Below are positions 34,067 to 34,596 of a DNA stretch of 34,596 nucleotides, in pieces (the stretch's first letter is position 1; each line of letters begins with the position of its first letter). A program made the position numbers and the translations under genes. The notes below the pieces were generated by a model. The model saw only the letters and a program-made list of their open reading frames with translations, searched no databases and had not been told where the DNA came from. This DNA is from Propionicimonas sp. (GTDB lineage: Bacteria > Actinomycetota > Actinomycetes > Propionibacteriales > Propionibacteriaceae): NCBI GenBank assembly GCA_031119515.1, contig JAVHXR010000001.1:1-34596 (forward strand), in the 5' to 3' direction.

Positions 34067-34596
34067 ATGGCAGCCACCATCGCCGACGTCGAGTTCGTCG
34101 TGAGGAACCTCTCCGAGACGATCGTCGCGAACGAGAAGTACTTCGGCGAACTCGATGCTGTCGTCGGCGACGGCGACTTCGGGTTCTCCCTCGCCCGGGG
34201 ATTCGAGATCGTCCTCGACCAGTGGGACAGCTTCGACAGGTCGGATCCGGGGGTCTTCCTGCAGAAGGTCGCGATGACCATCTCCGCCCGGATCGGCGGG
34301 ACGTCGGGGCCGATCTGGGGGACGGCCATCCTGCGGGCGGGAGGGCAGCTGAAGGGCAGCGAGACCTTCGAGGGCGACGACCTGGTCCGCGCGCTGCGCG
34401 CGTCCATCGACGGCATCAAGGCCCGCGGGCAGTCCGACGTCGGTGACAAGACGCTGCTCGACGCGCTGGTGCCGGCCGTCGACACCCTCGAAGCCGAGGT
34501 CGCCAACGGGTCGTCGGCAGCCGAGACGGTCGCCGCGATGGCGTCCGTGGCGAGGGCGAGCGCGGACGCCACGGCCGCGATGCAGGCCATGCGCGG
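34067..34596 (+). CDS. dhaL: Dihydroxyacetone kinase subunit L (partial, runs off the window end; absent from the ORF track)
   Basis: My translation from ATG34067 (AAGGAG RBS): ELDAVVGDGDFG, GGTSGPIWGT, RGQSDVGDKTLLDAL. Confidence 0.92.
   Translation, partial: MAATIADVEFVVRNLSETIVANEKYFGELDAVVGDGDFGFSLARGFEIVLDQWDSFDRSDPGVFLQKVAMTISARIGGTSGPIWGTAILRAGGQLKGSETFEGDDLVRALRASIDGIKARGQSDVGDKTLLDALVPAVDTLEAEVANGSSAAETVAAMASVARASADATAAMQAMR

Noticed and set aside
716-34590. Many long antisense or alternate-frame ORFs (for example 716..2497, 2849..4447, 9840..11495, 18949..21519, 28906..30717, 31301..33361, 34015..34590)
   Set aside because: Shadow ORFs typical of high-GC DNA; they overlap well-supported genes and have no recognisable motifs
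1-34596. CRISPR arrays, IS elements, prophage or defence genes, riboswitches
   Set aside because: No regularly spaced repeats, transposase, integrase or phage motifs, or recognisable riboswitch consensus seen by eye; an Rfam scan was not possible

Overview
High-GC actinobacterial chromosome segment (Propionibacteriales-like by gene content; taxon is inference) dominated by surface-glycan genes mixed with carbon metabolism. From left to right: a pyruvyltransferase/GT8-like fusion; pckG; tRNA-Arg(ACG); a GT2 paired with a degenerate polysialyltransferase-family gene; a divergent yczE/yczR (MocR) pair; a HAD-IIA phosphatase; a complete pseudaminic-acid pathway (pseB, pseC, methylase, pseI, pseF, pseG-pseH fusion) enclosing two uncharacterised genes, one a candidate Pse transferase; a single-chain GAF-histidine kinase-pseudoreceiver-LuxR regulator; a GT-C membrane glycosyltransferase; a six-gene translationally coupled operon (two Stealth phosphotransferases, pyruvyltransferase, GT4/GumI-like, double GT2, GT2); and the start of an fba-cbbY-like-dhaL operon. 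The most striking signals are an 18-bp bidirectional leaderless promoter between pseB and pseI, the fused kinase-pseudoreceiver-LuxR protein with a candidate operator pair upstream of fba, and a possible Pse-containing cell-wall polymer system. No CRISPR, transposase or integrase was seen. All family calls come from motif recognition by eye, not database searches.
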